NCBI GenBank assembly: GCA_029260025.1
Contig: JAJDDZ010000044.1
Location: forward strand, 1-45,889
DNA: 45,889 nucleotides
From: Phycisphaerae bacterium
GTDB lineage: Bacteria; Planctomycetota; Phycisphaerae; UBA1845
Direction: 5' to 3'
Both the position numbers and the translations under genes were made by a program. The stretch's first letter is position 1, and every line of letters starts with the position of its first letter. Of this stretch, positions 33,679 through 44,200 are shown one piece after another. The notes below the pieces were generated by a model. That model did no database searches and was not told the DNA's origin. It saw only the letters and a program-made list of their open reading frames with translations.

Positions 33679-35964
33679 GTGAATTACAGGAAATACTGGA
33701 TTTCGTTCGCTAGCGTTGTGGTGATTTCGTTTGCGGTCCTTGGGTACTTCGGGATGGAGCTGTATCGACAAGCACCTCCGATTCCTGGTCGGGTGGTCGT
33801 GGCGGGCGGTGAAGTCCTCTTTTCCGGGCAGGACATATCTGACGGCCAGAACGTCTGGCAATCGATGGGGGGTCAGGAAGTTGGTTCTGTTTGGGGGCAT
33901 GGCGCCTACGTTGCTCCGGATTGGTCTGCTGATTGGCTTCACCGGGAGGCGACTTGGTTACTTGATCATTGGTCGCAGAAGGAGCACGGGATCGCGTATG
34001 GATCATTGGGGGGAGAATTGCAGGCGTCCCTTCGTGAGCGCCTCAAGACCGAGCTTCGAACGAACACGTACGATTCGCAAACGGGTGATTTGCTGATTTC
34101 CGCGGTTAGAGCGGAGGCGATCGTGGCTGTTGGGTCGCACTACGCTAGTTTGTTTGGGGACGATAAGGGTCTCGATGAACTTCGTGATGCGTACGCGATT
34201 CCGGCGAACACGATCAAGACTTCTGAGCGGCGAGAGAAACTAAATTCGTTTTTCTTTTGGGCTTCCTGGGTTTGTTCGACGAATCGTCCTGGCAAGGACA
34301 TTACTTATACGAACAACTGGCCTGCTGAGAGTTTGATCGGAAACCGTCCTACTGGGGCGATCGTGGTTTGGTCTGTTGTCAGCTTCGTGGTGTTGCTTGC
34401 TGGGGTGGGTGGACTTTCCTGGTTTTTTGCGGTGGTTCGTGGGAGGGAAGAAGCCCCGCATGGGTATCCTGACAAGAACCCAATGCTGGATGTGACACCG
34501 ACGCCTTCGATGAAGGCTACTCTCAAGTATTTCTGGATCGTTACTGCTCTGATGCTTGTTCAGATTTTGCTTGGGGCGGTTACGGCGCATTATGGCGTTG
34601 AAGGTTCTGGGTTTTACGGTATTCCGCTTGCTGAGTGGCTTCCCTATTCAGTGACACGTACATGGCACTCTCAGCTTGGGATTTTCTGGATTGCGACTGC
34701 TTGGCTTGGTACTGGTCTTTTCATGGCGCCTTTGGTTTCGGGGCATGAGCCGAAGTTTCAACGTCTTGGGGTCAACTTTCTATGGGTTTGTCTTCTTGTC
34801 ATTGTTGTTGGGTCTATGGCGGGGCAATGGCTTGGCGTTCAGCAGCGACTTGGATTTGTGGCGAACTTCTGGTTTGGGCACCAAGGTTATGAGTACGTTG
34901 ATCTTGGACGTTTTTGGCAAATCTTCTTGCTGGTTGGGCTGTTCTTGTGGCTTACCCTGATGGTTCGGGCGATGTGGCCTGCGATCATAAAACCTGGGGA
35001 GAACCGCAGTCTTCTTGGATTGTTTCTGGTTGCTTCCGCGGCGATCGCGTTGTTTTACGGTGCGGGGTTGATGTGGGGGCGACAGACGAACCTTGCGATC
35101 GCAGAGTATTGGCGTTGGTGGGTTGTTCATCTTTGGGTTGAGGGATTCTTCGAGGTTTTCGCGACGGTTGTGATCGCGTTTCTTTTCACGCAAATGGGGT
35201 TGCTGCGTGTTTCGACGGCTACTGCTGCGGCCTTGTTTTCGACTGCGATTTTTCTTAGCGGGGGAATCATAGGGACGTTTCACCATCTCTACTTTACTGG
35301 TACGCCGACGGCTGTGCTGGCGCTTGGTGCGACGTTTAGCGCTTTGGAAGTTGTCCCGCTTGTTCTGATCGGATTTGAAGCTTACGAGGGATTGCGACTC
35401 AGTCGCGCGCGTCCTTGGGTGTCGGCTTACAAGTGGCCTATGTATTTCTTTGTGGGGGTTTCGTTCTGGAATCTTGTTGGTGCGGGGCTTTTTGGTTTTC
35501 TCATCAATCCTCCGATCGCGCTTTATTACATGCAGGGTCTCAATACGACGGCTGTCCATGCTCACACGGCGTTGTTTGGTGTCTATGGGATGCTGGGAAT
35601 CGGGCTTCTGCTTTTTTGCCTCAAGGGGATGAACACGCGTGAGGTTTGGCGTACGGGCGTTCTATCCTTTTCGTTTTGGTCTATCAACATTGGACTTGCG
35701 CTGATGGTCTTGATCAGTGTTTTGCCGGTGGGGTTGATGCAGACGTGGGCGAGCGTGGAGCATGGAATGTGGTATGCCCGTTCTGCGGAATTCTTGCAGA
35801 CGGATCTGGTCGGTACGTTGCGATGGTTACGCGTGATCGGCGACACGATTTTTGCGGTGGGGATTGTTGCCCTTGCGTGGTTTGTTCTCGGGCTTGTTAC
35901 TGGTTGGTCCGTCGAAAAGCAGTCGGGGCTAAACATCGAAGGATCATCTAGATCATTGGGTTGA
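33679..35964 (+). CDS. norZ: quinol-dependent nitric oxide reductase (qNor, NorZ-type NorB)
   Basis: 761 aa. GTG start with GGAG 7 nt upstream. N-terminal extension 'GHGAYVAPDWSADWLHRE'. Heme-copper motifs 'WWVVHLWVEGFFEVF', 'FHHLYFTG' and 'HAHTALFGVYG'. Confidence 0.92.
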   Translation: MNYRKYWISFASVVVISFAVLGYFGMELYRQAPPIPGRVVVAGGEVLFSGQDISDGQNVWQSMGGQEVGSVWGHGAYVAPDWSADWLHREATWLLDHWSQKEHGIAYGSLGGELQASLRERLKTELRTNTYDSQTGDLLISAVRAEAIVAVGSHYASLFGDDKGLDELRDAYAIPANTIKTSERREKLNSFFFWASWVCSTNRPGKDITYTNNWPAESLIGNRPTGAIVVWSVVSFVVLLAGVGGLSWFFAVVRGREEAPHGYPDKNPMLDVTPTPSMKATLKYFWIVTALMLVQILLGAVTAHYGVEGSGFYGIPLAEWLPYSVTRTWHSQLGIFWIATAWLGTGLFMAPLVSGHEPKFQRLGVNFLWVCLLVIVVGSMAGQWLGVQQRLGFVANFWFGHQGYEYVDLGRFWQIFLLVGLFLWLTLMVRAMWPAIIKPGENRSLLGLFLVASAAIALFYGAGLMWGRQTNLAIAEYWRWWVVHLWVEGFFEVFATVVIAFLFTQMGLLRVSTATAAALFSTAIFLSGGIIGTFHHLYFTGTPTAVLALGATFSALEVVPLVLIGFEAYEGLRLSRARPWVSAYKWPMYFFVGVSFWNLVGAGLFGFLINPPIALYYMQGLNTTAVHAHTALFGVYGMLGIGLLLFCLKGMNTREVWRTGVLSFSFWSINIGLALMVLISVLPVGLMQTWASVEHGMWYARSAEFLQTDLVGTLRWLRVIGDTIFAVGIVALAWFVLGLVTGWSVEKQSGLNIEGSSRSLG

Positions 35965-36134
35965 GTGATGCGTGGCTCTTTTTACTGAAGGGGTTTGTAC
36001 AATGGAAGTTTTTGGTTTGTTTTCAGAGTTTTTATTCTTGCTATCCTCTTTGCCATTCTTTCTGGTCGCGTTTTTATTCGGATAGAAGAGAATCTGTGGG
36101 TGGCTTTTGGGTGGGCTCTGTTTTAGCCAACGAA

Positions 36135-36153
36135 CCCCTCGCCTAGAGAGGGG
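36135..36153. terminator. weak hairpin between convergent norZ and lipase genes
   Basis: CCCCTC-gcctaga-GAGGGG. There is no clear U-tract on either strand. Confidence 0.3.
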
Positions 36154-36185
36154 CGTTCAGGCGGTACGATTGAACGGCGCCTGCT

Positions 36186-37022
36186 CTAGCCTTGTTGGTT
36201 GCTTAGTTGGTTGGCAATATCCAGGTAGAATGTTCTTACTGAGTTTTCGAAGGTTTTTCTGTCTGTGTCGCCTTTGGCCAGTCGGTCTGGGTGCCACCAT
36301 CCTGTTTGGTTGAAATGGTCCCATGGTAAAACGCCGGCGTTGTATTCTTCTTTCCAGAGGGCTGAGGCGAGGGGGACCAGGCCGTCGTTTTCTGGTTCGT
36401 TGTAGGTTTGCTTTAGTAGCAGGTGGCCCATCTTTAGGGGGGCGAATGTTGACCAGAAGCCTGCGCGTCCTCCCCATGTTCGGTAGGTGACGCCGTTTTC
36501 TATTTCGATTGGTTCCAGGATTCTGTTTCTTGCGGTGGATGCGTCGGTTGTCAGGTCGTAGAAGCCGGTGAGGTCGATTCCTATTGCAAGGAAGGCGTCT
36601 ACGATTTTGCTGCCGATGCGGGAGCCGCCTACGGCGAAGTCGGCGAGGGGGGAGCCGTTGTGGGGGGTTCCTATTGTTGTGAGGGTGCTGACTTTTTCTT
36701 GGCCGCCTAACTTGGCGATCATCCATCTGGCGTCTAGTCCGCCCATGCTGTGTGCGATGATGTGGACCTTTGGTGCGCCGGTTTTTTCTAAGACGGCGTC
36801 TACTTCTGCCTTTAGGTTGGCGGCTCTTTTTTCTACTCCTGCAGCGAAGTCTACGTTTGGGGCTGAGACAGAGAAGCCTGCCTCTTGGAGTGTGCTTTTG
36901 ATTTTTCTGAAGTAGTTGAAGCGGTCGTCTGAGTCATTCGTTAGTGCGGTTAGTTTTTTTGCTCTGTCGAAGGGGGCGATGCCGTGGGCGAGGATGATCG
37001 GGTTGGTTTTTTCGTTTGGCAT
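36186..37022 (-). CDS. alpha/beta-hydrolase lipase/esterase
   Basis: 278 aa. Contains 'PIILAHGI' and the nucleophile elbow 'IIAHSMGG'. Confidence 0.8.
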   Translation of the reverse strand: MPNEKTNPIILAHGIAPFDRAKKLTALTNDSDDRFNYFRKIKSTLQEAGFSVSAPNVDFAAGVEKRAANLKAEVDAVLEKTGAPKVHIIAHSMGGLDARWMIAKLGGQEKVSTLTTIGTPHNGSPLADFAVGGSRIGSKIVDAFLAIGIDLTGFYDLTTDASTARNRILEPIEIENGVTYRTWGGRAGFWSTFAPLKMGHLLLKQTYNEPENDGLVPLASALWKEEYNAGVLPWDHFNQTGWWHPDRLAKGDTDRKTFENSVRTFYLDIANQLSNQQG

Positions 37023-37127
37023 TGTGTTTTTATTGTAGGGGGTGTGGGGATGTAGCTACTGGGTCTAGCGTTTTTTTCTGCCCCGATTACTAGCCGGGGC
37101 CACATATGAAGTGGTATGGATTGCGCG

Positions 37128-38171
37128 TCAGGGTATTTCTAGTTCTATGGCGTCCAAGGCTGCTGTTCTGGTTGCTTTTGGTCGTTTTGCTAATTTTTCT
37201 TTGAAGGTGTCCAGGCTGTCTACGAAATTTTCCATGTGGCCTGCTCGGAGTCTGTCGTGGGTTATGCCTACCCCGATTTCTTGGACATGGTGGGCGTTTA
37301 GCCTTTGTTCGTACTGTTTTCCGATTGGGATGAGCATCATTGGTTTTTCGAAGTGCAAGCACTCTGAGACAAGTCCGTGGCCTGCTGAGGCTACGACGCC
37401 TGCGCATCCGGCGAGGTCGTCCAGGAATCCTGCTTCATTGAATTTTTTGAATGAGACGTTGCCGCCGTTTGATTCTCTGTTGAAGCCGTACGCCCTTATG
37501 GGTCTTCTGTCGAAGCGTTCTAGCTGTTCTCGCATTGCGCGGTTGTCGCCGCCTGTGGTGTATGCGAGGAGGAAGTCTCCTTCTCTTGTTTTTTTCTCGT
37601 AGACTTTTGGTCTTAGGATTGGGCCTATGAGGGTGGTGGGTTGATATCGAATGGGTGCGTCGATGAAGCTTGTAATGAGGTATCTTTTTGCGCCGCCGTA
37701 GTATAGTCGGATGACCGCGTAGGCGCTGGCGAGGTCTGCCCAGAAGCCGGCGGGTCTTTTGAGGTGGCAGTGGGTTAGCAGGTGTTGGTTGTCGAGACTG
37801 ACGAAGGGAATTCCGTAGCGTCTTGCCCACAATGCGGTGAAGGGTTCAAAGTCTGTTATGACGAGGTCGGGTTTGTAAGTTTTTAGAAGGGTCTTGACGG
37901 CACGGTTGGAGGGGGCGAGGTCTGTGGCTGCGCGCCGGACGTTTGAGATGGCTGTTCGTATTGGGGCGTTTCGACCGTTGTTGAAAACCATGAGCAGGCC
38001 GAAGACGTTGTGTATTCGGTCTGGGAAGTGTGGTTTGAGGTAGTCGATCGTCTGGTTGCATGAGATGAACTGTACGTCGTGGCCTCTTTCTAGCAGACCT
38101 TGACCTACGGCGTGGGCGCGGACTGCGTGTCCGTATCCGTCACCTGCTGCTGCGTAGAGTATCTTGGCCAT
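37128..38171 (-). CDS. GT-B fold glycosyltransferase (GT28/MJ1255-like)
   Basis: 347 aa. N-terminus 'ILYAAAGDGYGHAVRAHAV'. C-terminus 'VVASAGHGLVSECLHFEKPMMLIP...EQRLNA'. Confidence 0.8.
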   Translation of the reverse strand: MAKILYAAAGDGYGHAVRAHAVGQGLLERGHDVQFISCNQTIDYLKPHFPDRIHNVFGLLMVFNNGRNAPIRTAISNVRRAATDLAPSNRAVKTLLKTYKPDLVITDFEPFTALWARRYGIPFVSLDNQHLLTHCHLKRPAGFWADLASAYAVIRLYYGGAKRYLITSFIDAPIRYQPTTLIGPILRPKVYEKKTREGDFLLAYTTGGDNRAMREQLERFDRRPIRAYGFNRESNGGNVSFKKFNEAGFLDDLAGCAGVVASAGHGLVSECLHFEKPMMLIPIGKQYEQRLNAHHVQEIGVGITHDRLRAGHMENFVDSLDTFKEKLAKRPKATRTAALDAIELEIP

Positions 38172-38234
38172 TGGTTCTTTCGCTTCGTGCGTTTTCTTGT
38201 GTTCGAGGTTTCGGGTCGGGTTCCGAAGGGGTTG

Positions 38235-39299
38235 CTACATGCTGGGCATTTTCATAGCGCTGATTCCGTGGACACCGTTTCGGAATGCGTCGTAAAGGAA
38301 TCGCAGGTACGAGGTATAGATGAATGAGTTTCTTCGTCGGTATTCGTCCTGCATGAGTTTGTGCATGGCTGGGAGGTTGTACCACGGGATCGACGGGCAG
38401 AGGTGGTGTTCCAGGTGGTAGTTGAGATTGCACATTAGAAACGAGACGACTCGGTTGCTGGTTACGGTACGTGTTTGGGTTAGAAGATCTCCGGGGATGG
38501 TTTGGGTGTGTTCAGCCCAACTGCGTACGTTGGCGAAGATCATGGCGATGATCATCGGGAACGCCCAGCAGTGAAGCAGGATGTCGGTACGTCCGTAGTG
38601 TTTGAAGGTTGCGTAGACGCCTGCGAAGATTCCTGCGAGTAGGGCGTACTCTACGAGGACGTCGAAGCGGTCGCGCGATGATCCGCGGATCATGGCCGTT
38701 AGGAATACATGAATGAGATAGAGCGGGGTTCCAACGACGAGCCACGAATAGAATAGTACTGATAGCAGGAATCGGTTTTTGGTGGCGTTGTTGAATTCGT
38801 CTGGGTCGCCTTGGTCGCGTGTGTACTTGTGGTGGTAGGCGTGGAGGACTCGGTAGGCGGTTCCGGAGACTGTTAGGGGTGCGCCCATCAGGAAACCGAC
38901 CCAGCGGTCGAGGAATTTGCTTCTGAACATGCTGAGGTGTGATGCTTCGTGGGTGAGGACTGCCATGGCGTGGATGGCGACGCCCATGATCGCGTAGCCA
39001 GCGAATCGCAGAACTGGGTGGGGGACTAGGGTGATTAGCGTGGCTGTGGCGATCCAGAGGGCTGGGTAGGCGACGATGACGATGTTTTTTGCAGGGTCTA
39101 GCTTGTGGAGCTTGGCGAGGGCGAGACGCGTCGGGGCTGGTAGCGATCGCAACCATTCGGCGGTGCTGCCTGAAGGGAAAGTTTCTGCGTCGCTGGTGTC
39201 CCACTTTTTGATGCGATCGAATCTGTCGGCTGCGCGTTTTGCTGGACGAGTCTTTGGTGTGGGTTGTCGTCGTTGTTTCTGGGTCGTAGTCGTTGTCAC
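38235..39299 (-). CDS. membrane fatty-acid/lipid desaturase family protein
   Basis: Three His boxes, 'HEASH', 'HAYHHKY' and 'NYHLEHHLCPSIPWYNLP', plus TM helices. GTG start. Confidence 0.88.
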   Translation of the reverse strand: MTTTTTQKQRRQPTPKTRPAKRAADRFDRIKKWDTSDAETFPSGSTAEWLRSLPAPTRLALAKLHKLDPAKNIVIVAYPALWIATATLITLVPHPVLRFAGYAIMGVAIHAMAVLTHEASHLSMFRSKFLDRWVGFLMGAPLTVSGTAYRVLHAYHHKYTRDQGDPDEFNNATKNRFLLSVLFYSWLVVGTPLYLIHVFLTAMIRGSSRDRFDVLVEYALLAGIFAGVYATFKHYGRTDILLHCWAFPMIIAMIFANVRSWAEHTQTIPGDLLTQTRTVTSNRVVSFLMCNLNYHLEHHLCPSIPWYNLPAMHKLMQDEYRRRNSFIYTSYLRFLYDAFRNGVHGISAMKMPSM

Positions 39300-39749
39300 T
39301 CTGGTCTCGCTGCTTGTGAATATTTTCCCGAGGGTGTCGGACTCGCGCCATGAAAGCCCGCCTTCGTCGCAAGTCGGGGCATTATAGGAAATCGACGTTC
39401 GAGTACCAATGGCAGTAGCGAGGCTGAGGTGGGGATGCGAGAGAAATCTTAGTGCCCGGCGACTTATATATCGCTTTTAAGTGGAATATGGTCAGTTTTG
39501 CGTTAATGCGTCCATGTGATATATGAATTTAGCTAATTTGGGCTGTTTGTCCGATATCATCAATGGTGAGGGGGTTGGTTTGCGGTTTTTTGGTGCGTTT
39601 TCGATTGTATTTGCCTGAGCAAACGCATTGACAGGAGGGCGTTTTGGCTGAATCATACCCCGCTTCTCTTCTGGGCGTTTGGCGCCGCCTAGTTTGTGAT
39701 TGCTGTCGTCCTTGACGGGGCGCTGTTATTGCCTAGTGAAGCGAGCGTG

Positions 39750-41294
39750 ATGACTGCTGCGCGGCGGTCGTTGTGCGAAATGGAAAGGTCCTTGTTGGAA
39801 CACACGTTGGAAAATCTCGAATCTCTTCGGCGGAAGGTGAACCTTGGTCTTGCTCTTGGTTCGTTGACGGTCGGGGTTGTGGTTTGCGCTGGTCTGATCT
39901 GGACTAAGCCTGCCGCTCCTCGCTTGAATCGTTTTGACCGTGCTCATGATGTGTCTGCGGTTGCGATTCATCCTACGACGGAATCTATTCCTGTTGTTGG
40001 TCATGGAACTGTTCGTGCGAAGAAGCAAGTCGATCTGATTCCACAGGTTACTGGTAAGCTTACGAAGGTTCACGAGGATCTCGCTCCTGGGAAAATGATT
40101 CCTAAGGGAGCGGTTCTTTTTGAGATTGACCGGACGGTTTATGAGGCGCGTGTTCGTCAGGCGAAGGCTGAGGTGACGGCGCTTGAGGTGGCTGTCCTTA
40201 GTCATGCGCAGGAAGCGACGAACCTCGATGCTCGGATCGCTAACTTAGAGCAGATGCTGACGATTGAGAAGGATGACTACGATACGTCTAAGCGTTTGTA
40301 CGACGTTGATCATGTCGGTAGTGAGCGCGATGTCGATATGGCGTTTCAGAAGTATCTTCGTCAGAAGGATGTCGTCGTTGAGTTCACGAATCGTCGTGCG
40401 ATGATTCCTCATGTGACTGCTGAGGCTGAGGCGAAGCTTGAGTCTGCTCGTGCGAAATTGGATCAATTCGAGCACGATCTTTCGGGGACAGAGATTCGTT
40501 GCCCTTTTGATGCTCGGGTTGAGGCGGTTAGCGCCTACAAGAGCGAAGTTGTTACGGCTCATTTTTCGATTGCGACGCTGACTGACATGGCGGCGTTTGA
40601 GATTTCTGTTGGTATAGACCCTCGTGAGCTGAAATGGCTTGCTGATTCGATTCGTCCTGAGTCGCTTGAGAACCTTGATCCTGAGAAGAGTCCGGTTGTT
40701 AAGGTTCGATGGTCGCTGCATGGTCAGGATTTTTCCTGGGCTGGCCGGGTTTCGCGATTTGAGCGTGTTGATGAGGCGACTCGTACTGCTCGGATGGTTG
40801 TTGAGGTTCAAAACGCTGACATGGTTGCTCGTCTTGATGGAGGGGCTGTGACTGGTCAGGCGCTTTCTATTGGCATGTTCTGCACGGCGGAGCTTCCGGC
40901 GAAAGCGCTTGTTGAGGCGTTATTGGTTCCACGTCACGCTGTTTACGATGGTCGATGGGTTTACGTTTTTGAGCCTGATGCGGATTCTAAAGATGCTTCT
41001 GTTGGTCGACTTGGTCGTCGTGAGATTCCGGTCTTGCGTTCGATCGGGAACGACGTGTTGGTCGATTTTGCTGATCGCGGTGACGGTTCGTTGTGCGAGC
41101 TTGCTGCGAATGAGCGGGTGGTTGTGTCGCCTTTGAGTAAGCCTGTCATTGGTATGCGTGTTCGACTTCGCGGGGCGGCTGCGGTTGCTTCAGTTTCGCC
41201 AACTTTATCTGATTCCAATTCCTCTATAACTGACGTGCTGGTTTCATCGTCGGTCGCTCTTTTGGGAAGTGCCTCGATCCACGGAGGCTCTTAA
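39750..41294 (+). CDS. RND efflux periplasmic adaptor subunit
   Basis: TM anchor 'LGLALGSLTVGVVVCAGLIW'. Contains 'GHGTVRAKKQVDLIPQVTGKLTKV', 'GAVLFEID' and a coiled-coil hairpin. The start is uncertain (39696, 39750 or 39780). Confidence 0.85.
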   Translation: MTAARRSLCEMERSLLEHTLENLESLRRKVNLGLALGSLTVGVVVCAGLIWTKPAAPRLNRFDRAHDVSAVAIHPTTESIPVVGHGTVRAKKQVDLIPQVTGKLTKVHEDLAPGKMIPKGAVLFEIDRTVYEARVRQAKAEVTALEVAVLSHAQEATNLDARIANLEQMLTIEKDDYDTSKRLYDVDHVGSERDVDMAFQKYLRQKDVVVEFTNRRAMIPHVTAEAEAKLESARAKLDQFEHDLSGTEIRCPFDARVEAVSAYKSEVVTAHFSIATLTDMAAFEISVGIDPRELKWLADSIRPESLENLDPEKSPVVKVRWSLHGQDFSWAGRVSRFERVDEATRTARMVVEVQNADMVARLDGGAVTGQALSIGMFCTAELPAKALVEALLVPRHAVYDGRWVYVFEPDADSKDASVGRLGRREIPVLRSIGNDVLVDFADRGDGSLCELAANERVVVSPLSKPVIGMRVRLRGAAAVASVSPTLSDSNSSITDVLVSSSVALLGSASIHGGS

Positions 41295-41295
41295 C

Positions 41296-44200
41296 ATGGG
41301 ACTGCTCCGCGGTTTGATCGCGGGGGGTGTTCGCAATCCTGTCTTAGTGAACCTGGTGATGGTCTGCATTTTAGCCGGCGGTTTTTTTTCTGCGCGGCGG
41401 ATGGTTCGCGAAGCCTACCCCGAATTCGAACTTGATCATATCGCTGTTGAGGTTGCGTATCCGGGTGCGAGTCCGGATGACGTGGAGCGTTCTATCTGCA
41501 CCCCGATTGAAGAGATTCTTCAGGGACTTCGCGGGATGCGCGAAGTATCGTCTTCTGCGAATGAGAACTATGGGGTTGTTTTTGTTGCGCTTGAGGGGGA
41601 CGTTGAAGATCCTTCTGCGGTGATGAAAGAAGTGAAGGATCGGGTTGATCAGATTACTGATTTCCCTGCGGAAGCTGAGCGCCCGATTGTTCGTGAGACT
41701 TTTCTTCGTGGCGACGTGATAAACGTTGCGATTTATGGCGATCTTCCTGAGCGAACGCTGAAGGCGGTTGCGCGCGAGGTGAAGGATGATCTGACCACTG
41801 AGGTGGCGATCTCTCAGGTTTCGCTCTCTGGGGTTCGTGATGACGAGATTCTCATCGAGGTTTCTGATCAGGCGCTTGATGCTTATCGTCTTTCGCTTGC
41901 CGACGTGATGTCAGTTGTTGCTCGGAGTAGTTTGGATTTGCCTGCGGGGTTGATTCGGACAGCTGACGAGGAGCTTACGCTTCGTGTGATGGGTCAGCGG
42001 TATTACGCGTCTGATTACGAGAGTCTTGTCGTCTTGGAGAAGGGCGACACGATTGTTCACTTAGGCGACATTGCGACGGTTCGTGAGGGATTTGAGGAGG
42101 CGGTTGTCAGGGGTCGGTTTAATGATTTGCCTGCTGTTGTTGTTCAGGTTTTTAAGACGGCTGAGGAAGACTCTAAGGAGATTGCTGAGATCGTTCGGTC
42201 GTATGTTGCGTCTCGTCAGGTTGGGTTGCCTTCAGCGTTGAAGATGTCGGTTTGGGCTGACGGTTCTCGTGATATCGATGACCGGATTGAGATGTTGGTT
42301 TCGAACGGGATCATGGGGGTCTTGTTGGTTTTTCTAACGCTCGCTTTTTTTCTCGAGTTTCGGGTAGCGCTTTGGGTGGCGGTGGGGATTCCCGTTTCTT
42401 TCGCGGGTGCGCTGATCATCATGTATTTGACGGGATCGACGCTGAATATGATCAGCCTGTTTGCTCTGTTTATTGTGTCGGGGATTATTGTTGACGATGC
42501 GATCGTTATTGCTGATAGCGTTTATTCTCGGCGGAAAGCGGGGGAAGAGCCTGTGCTTGCGTCTATCAACGGGACTGCTGAGGTTGCGCTGCCTGTGCTA
42601 GGTGCTTCGGCGACTACGATCGTGACGTTTGTTCCGCTGCTTTACATTAGCGGCGTGATGGGGCGGTTTATCTATATTCTGCCGGTGGTTGTGATCGGTG
42701 CGATTTGTGCTTCTGCGGTTGAGGCATTTATTGTTTTGCCGTCGCACCTTTGTCATCGCACGCCTCCGGGGGTGAAGGAGGTCAAGCGGGAGCCGCATCG
42801 GTTGCGCGTCCTGATGGATGTTGCGGTGGCGGGGTTTATCGAGAATTGGTATCGACCGTTGTATCGAGCTTCGCTTCGGGCGCGGTATGTGACGCTCAGC
42901 GTTGCGATCATGTTGGCGTTGATGTGTGCTGGATTGGTGCTCGGCGGGCGGACGCCTACGGTTCTTTTTGCCAAGGAGAATGGGAACATCGTTCGGGCTC
43001 GGGTTCGCTTGCCTGAGGGGACGCCTGCTGGGGTTACGGAGAAGGTTTGTCAGCAACTTGAAGACGGGGCTAAGCTTCTTAACGGCGATCCGGCGCTTGT
43101 GCCGCTGTCAAAAGGATTACTTGTACGGCAGATTTATACGATCATGGGTGAGTTCGCGGAGTTTTTGCCGATTCGGGGGAACAATCTTTGCGAGACTAGC
43201 GTGGAGCTGATGCCGGCGGAAGAGCGCGGAATTGACGACGAAGAGATCATGGATCGCTGGCGGATTCATATCGGCAAGGTTCATGACGCGGTTGAGTTTC
43301 GCCTTGCGCGGAGGCAACTTGGTCCGACGGATCGTCCGATCGAGATTCGGCTTTTGGGTCGTGATCTTGACGAGATGGCTTCTGCGTCTCTTGCGATTCA
43401 GGACAAGCTTCGGGAGTTTGAGGGTACGCTTGACGTTGGGGATGATCTTATCCCTGGTAAGCGTGAGCTTCTTGTAACTCTGAAGCCCTCGGCGCGTACG
43501 CTTGGTCTTACGCTTGACGATGTAGCGACGCAATTGCGACATGGTTTTTTTGGGGGTGAGGCTGTTACGCTTCGTCGCGGTCGGGAAGAAGTGAAGGTTC
43601 GGGTGCGCTTTCCTGAGGATGAGCGGCGATCGATTCTTGATTTGGAGAATATGCGGATAACGACTGCGCACGGGGAACAGGTACCGTTTCTTGAGGTTGC
43701 GGAGCTTGAATGGGATCGTGGTCTTGCGCTGATTATGCATCAGTCGTATCGTCGTCGCGTTCGAGTCTTGGCGGATGTCGATGATCGGGTTGCGAACGCT
43801 GAGCAGATTATGCAATCTCTTGAGGTGGGATTCCTTGATGAGGTTGTGGCGAGCCACAACGACATGACTTGGACTTTTGGCGGTGATCGGGAGCGGATGG
43901 GTGAGTCGATGAGCAGTTTGACGGCGGGGTTTAAGATGGCGCTGCTGGTGATCTATGCGATTCTTGCTGGGATGCTTCGTTCTTACGTTCAGCCACTGGT
44001 CATCTTGATGGCGGTTCCGCTTGGTTTTGTTGGGGCGATTCTTGGTCATACGGTTTTGGGTATGGATCTTACGTTGATGAGTATGTTCGGATTGGTTGCG
44101 CTCTCGGGGGTGGTTGTGAACGATTCATTGGTCCTTGTTGATGTGATCAATCGAGGGGTTCGAGAAGGCAAGAGCGTTGTTCATTCTGTGTTCGAGGCGG

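Noticed and set aside
34780-35565. 261-aa minus-strand ORF inside norZ
   Set aside because: It is a codon-aligned antisense shadow of the qNor frame, with an R/K/P-rich translation.
37046-37085. CCCCG-N9-CGGGG hairpin with a T7 run between the glycosyltransferase and lipase genes, considered as a terminator
   Set aside because: For minus-strand transcription the hairpin is followed by an A-tract, not a U-tract. The T-run precedes the hairpin on the plus strand, where nothing is transcribed towards it. The polarity is wrong for an intrinsic terminator.
38512-39372. 286-aa minus-strand ORF in an alternative frame of the desaturase gene
   Set aside because: It is R/P/H-rich low complexity. The other minus frame (38235-39299) carries the three desaturase His boxes and TM helices.
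43117-44049. 310-aa minus-strand ORF inside the RND permease gene
   Set aside because: It is a codon-aligned antisense shadow ORF with a basic, low-complexity translation.
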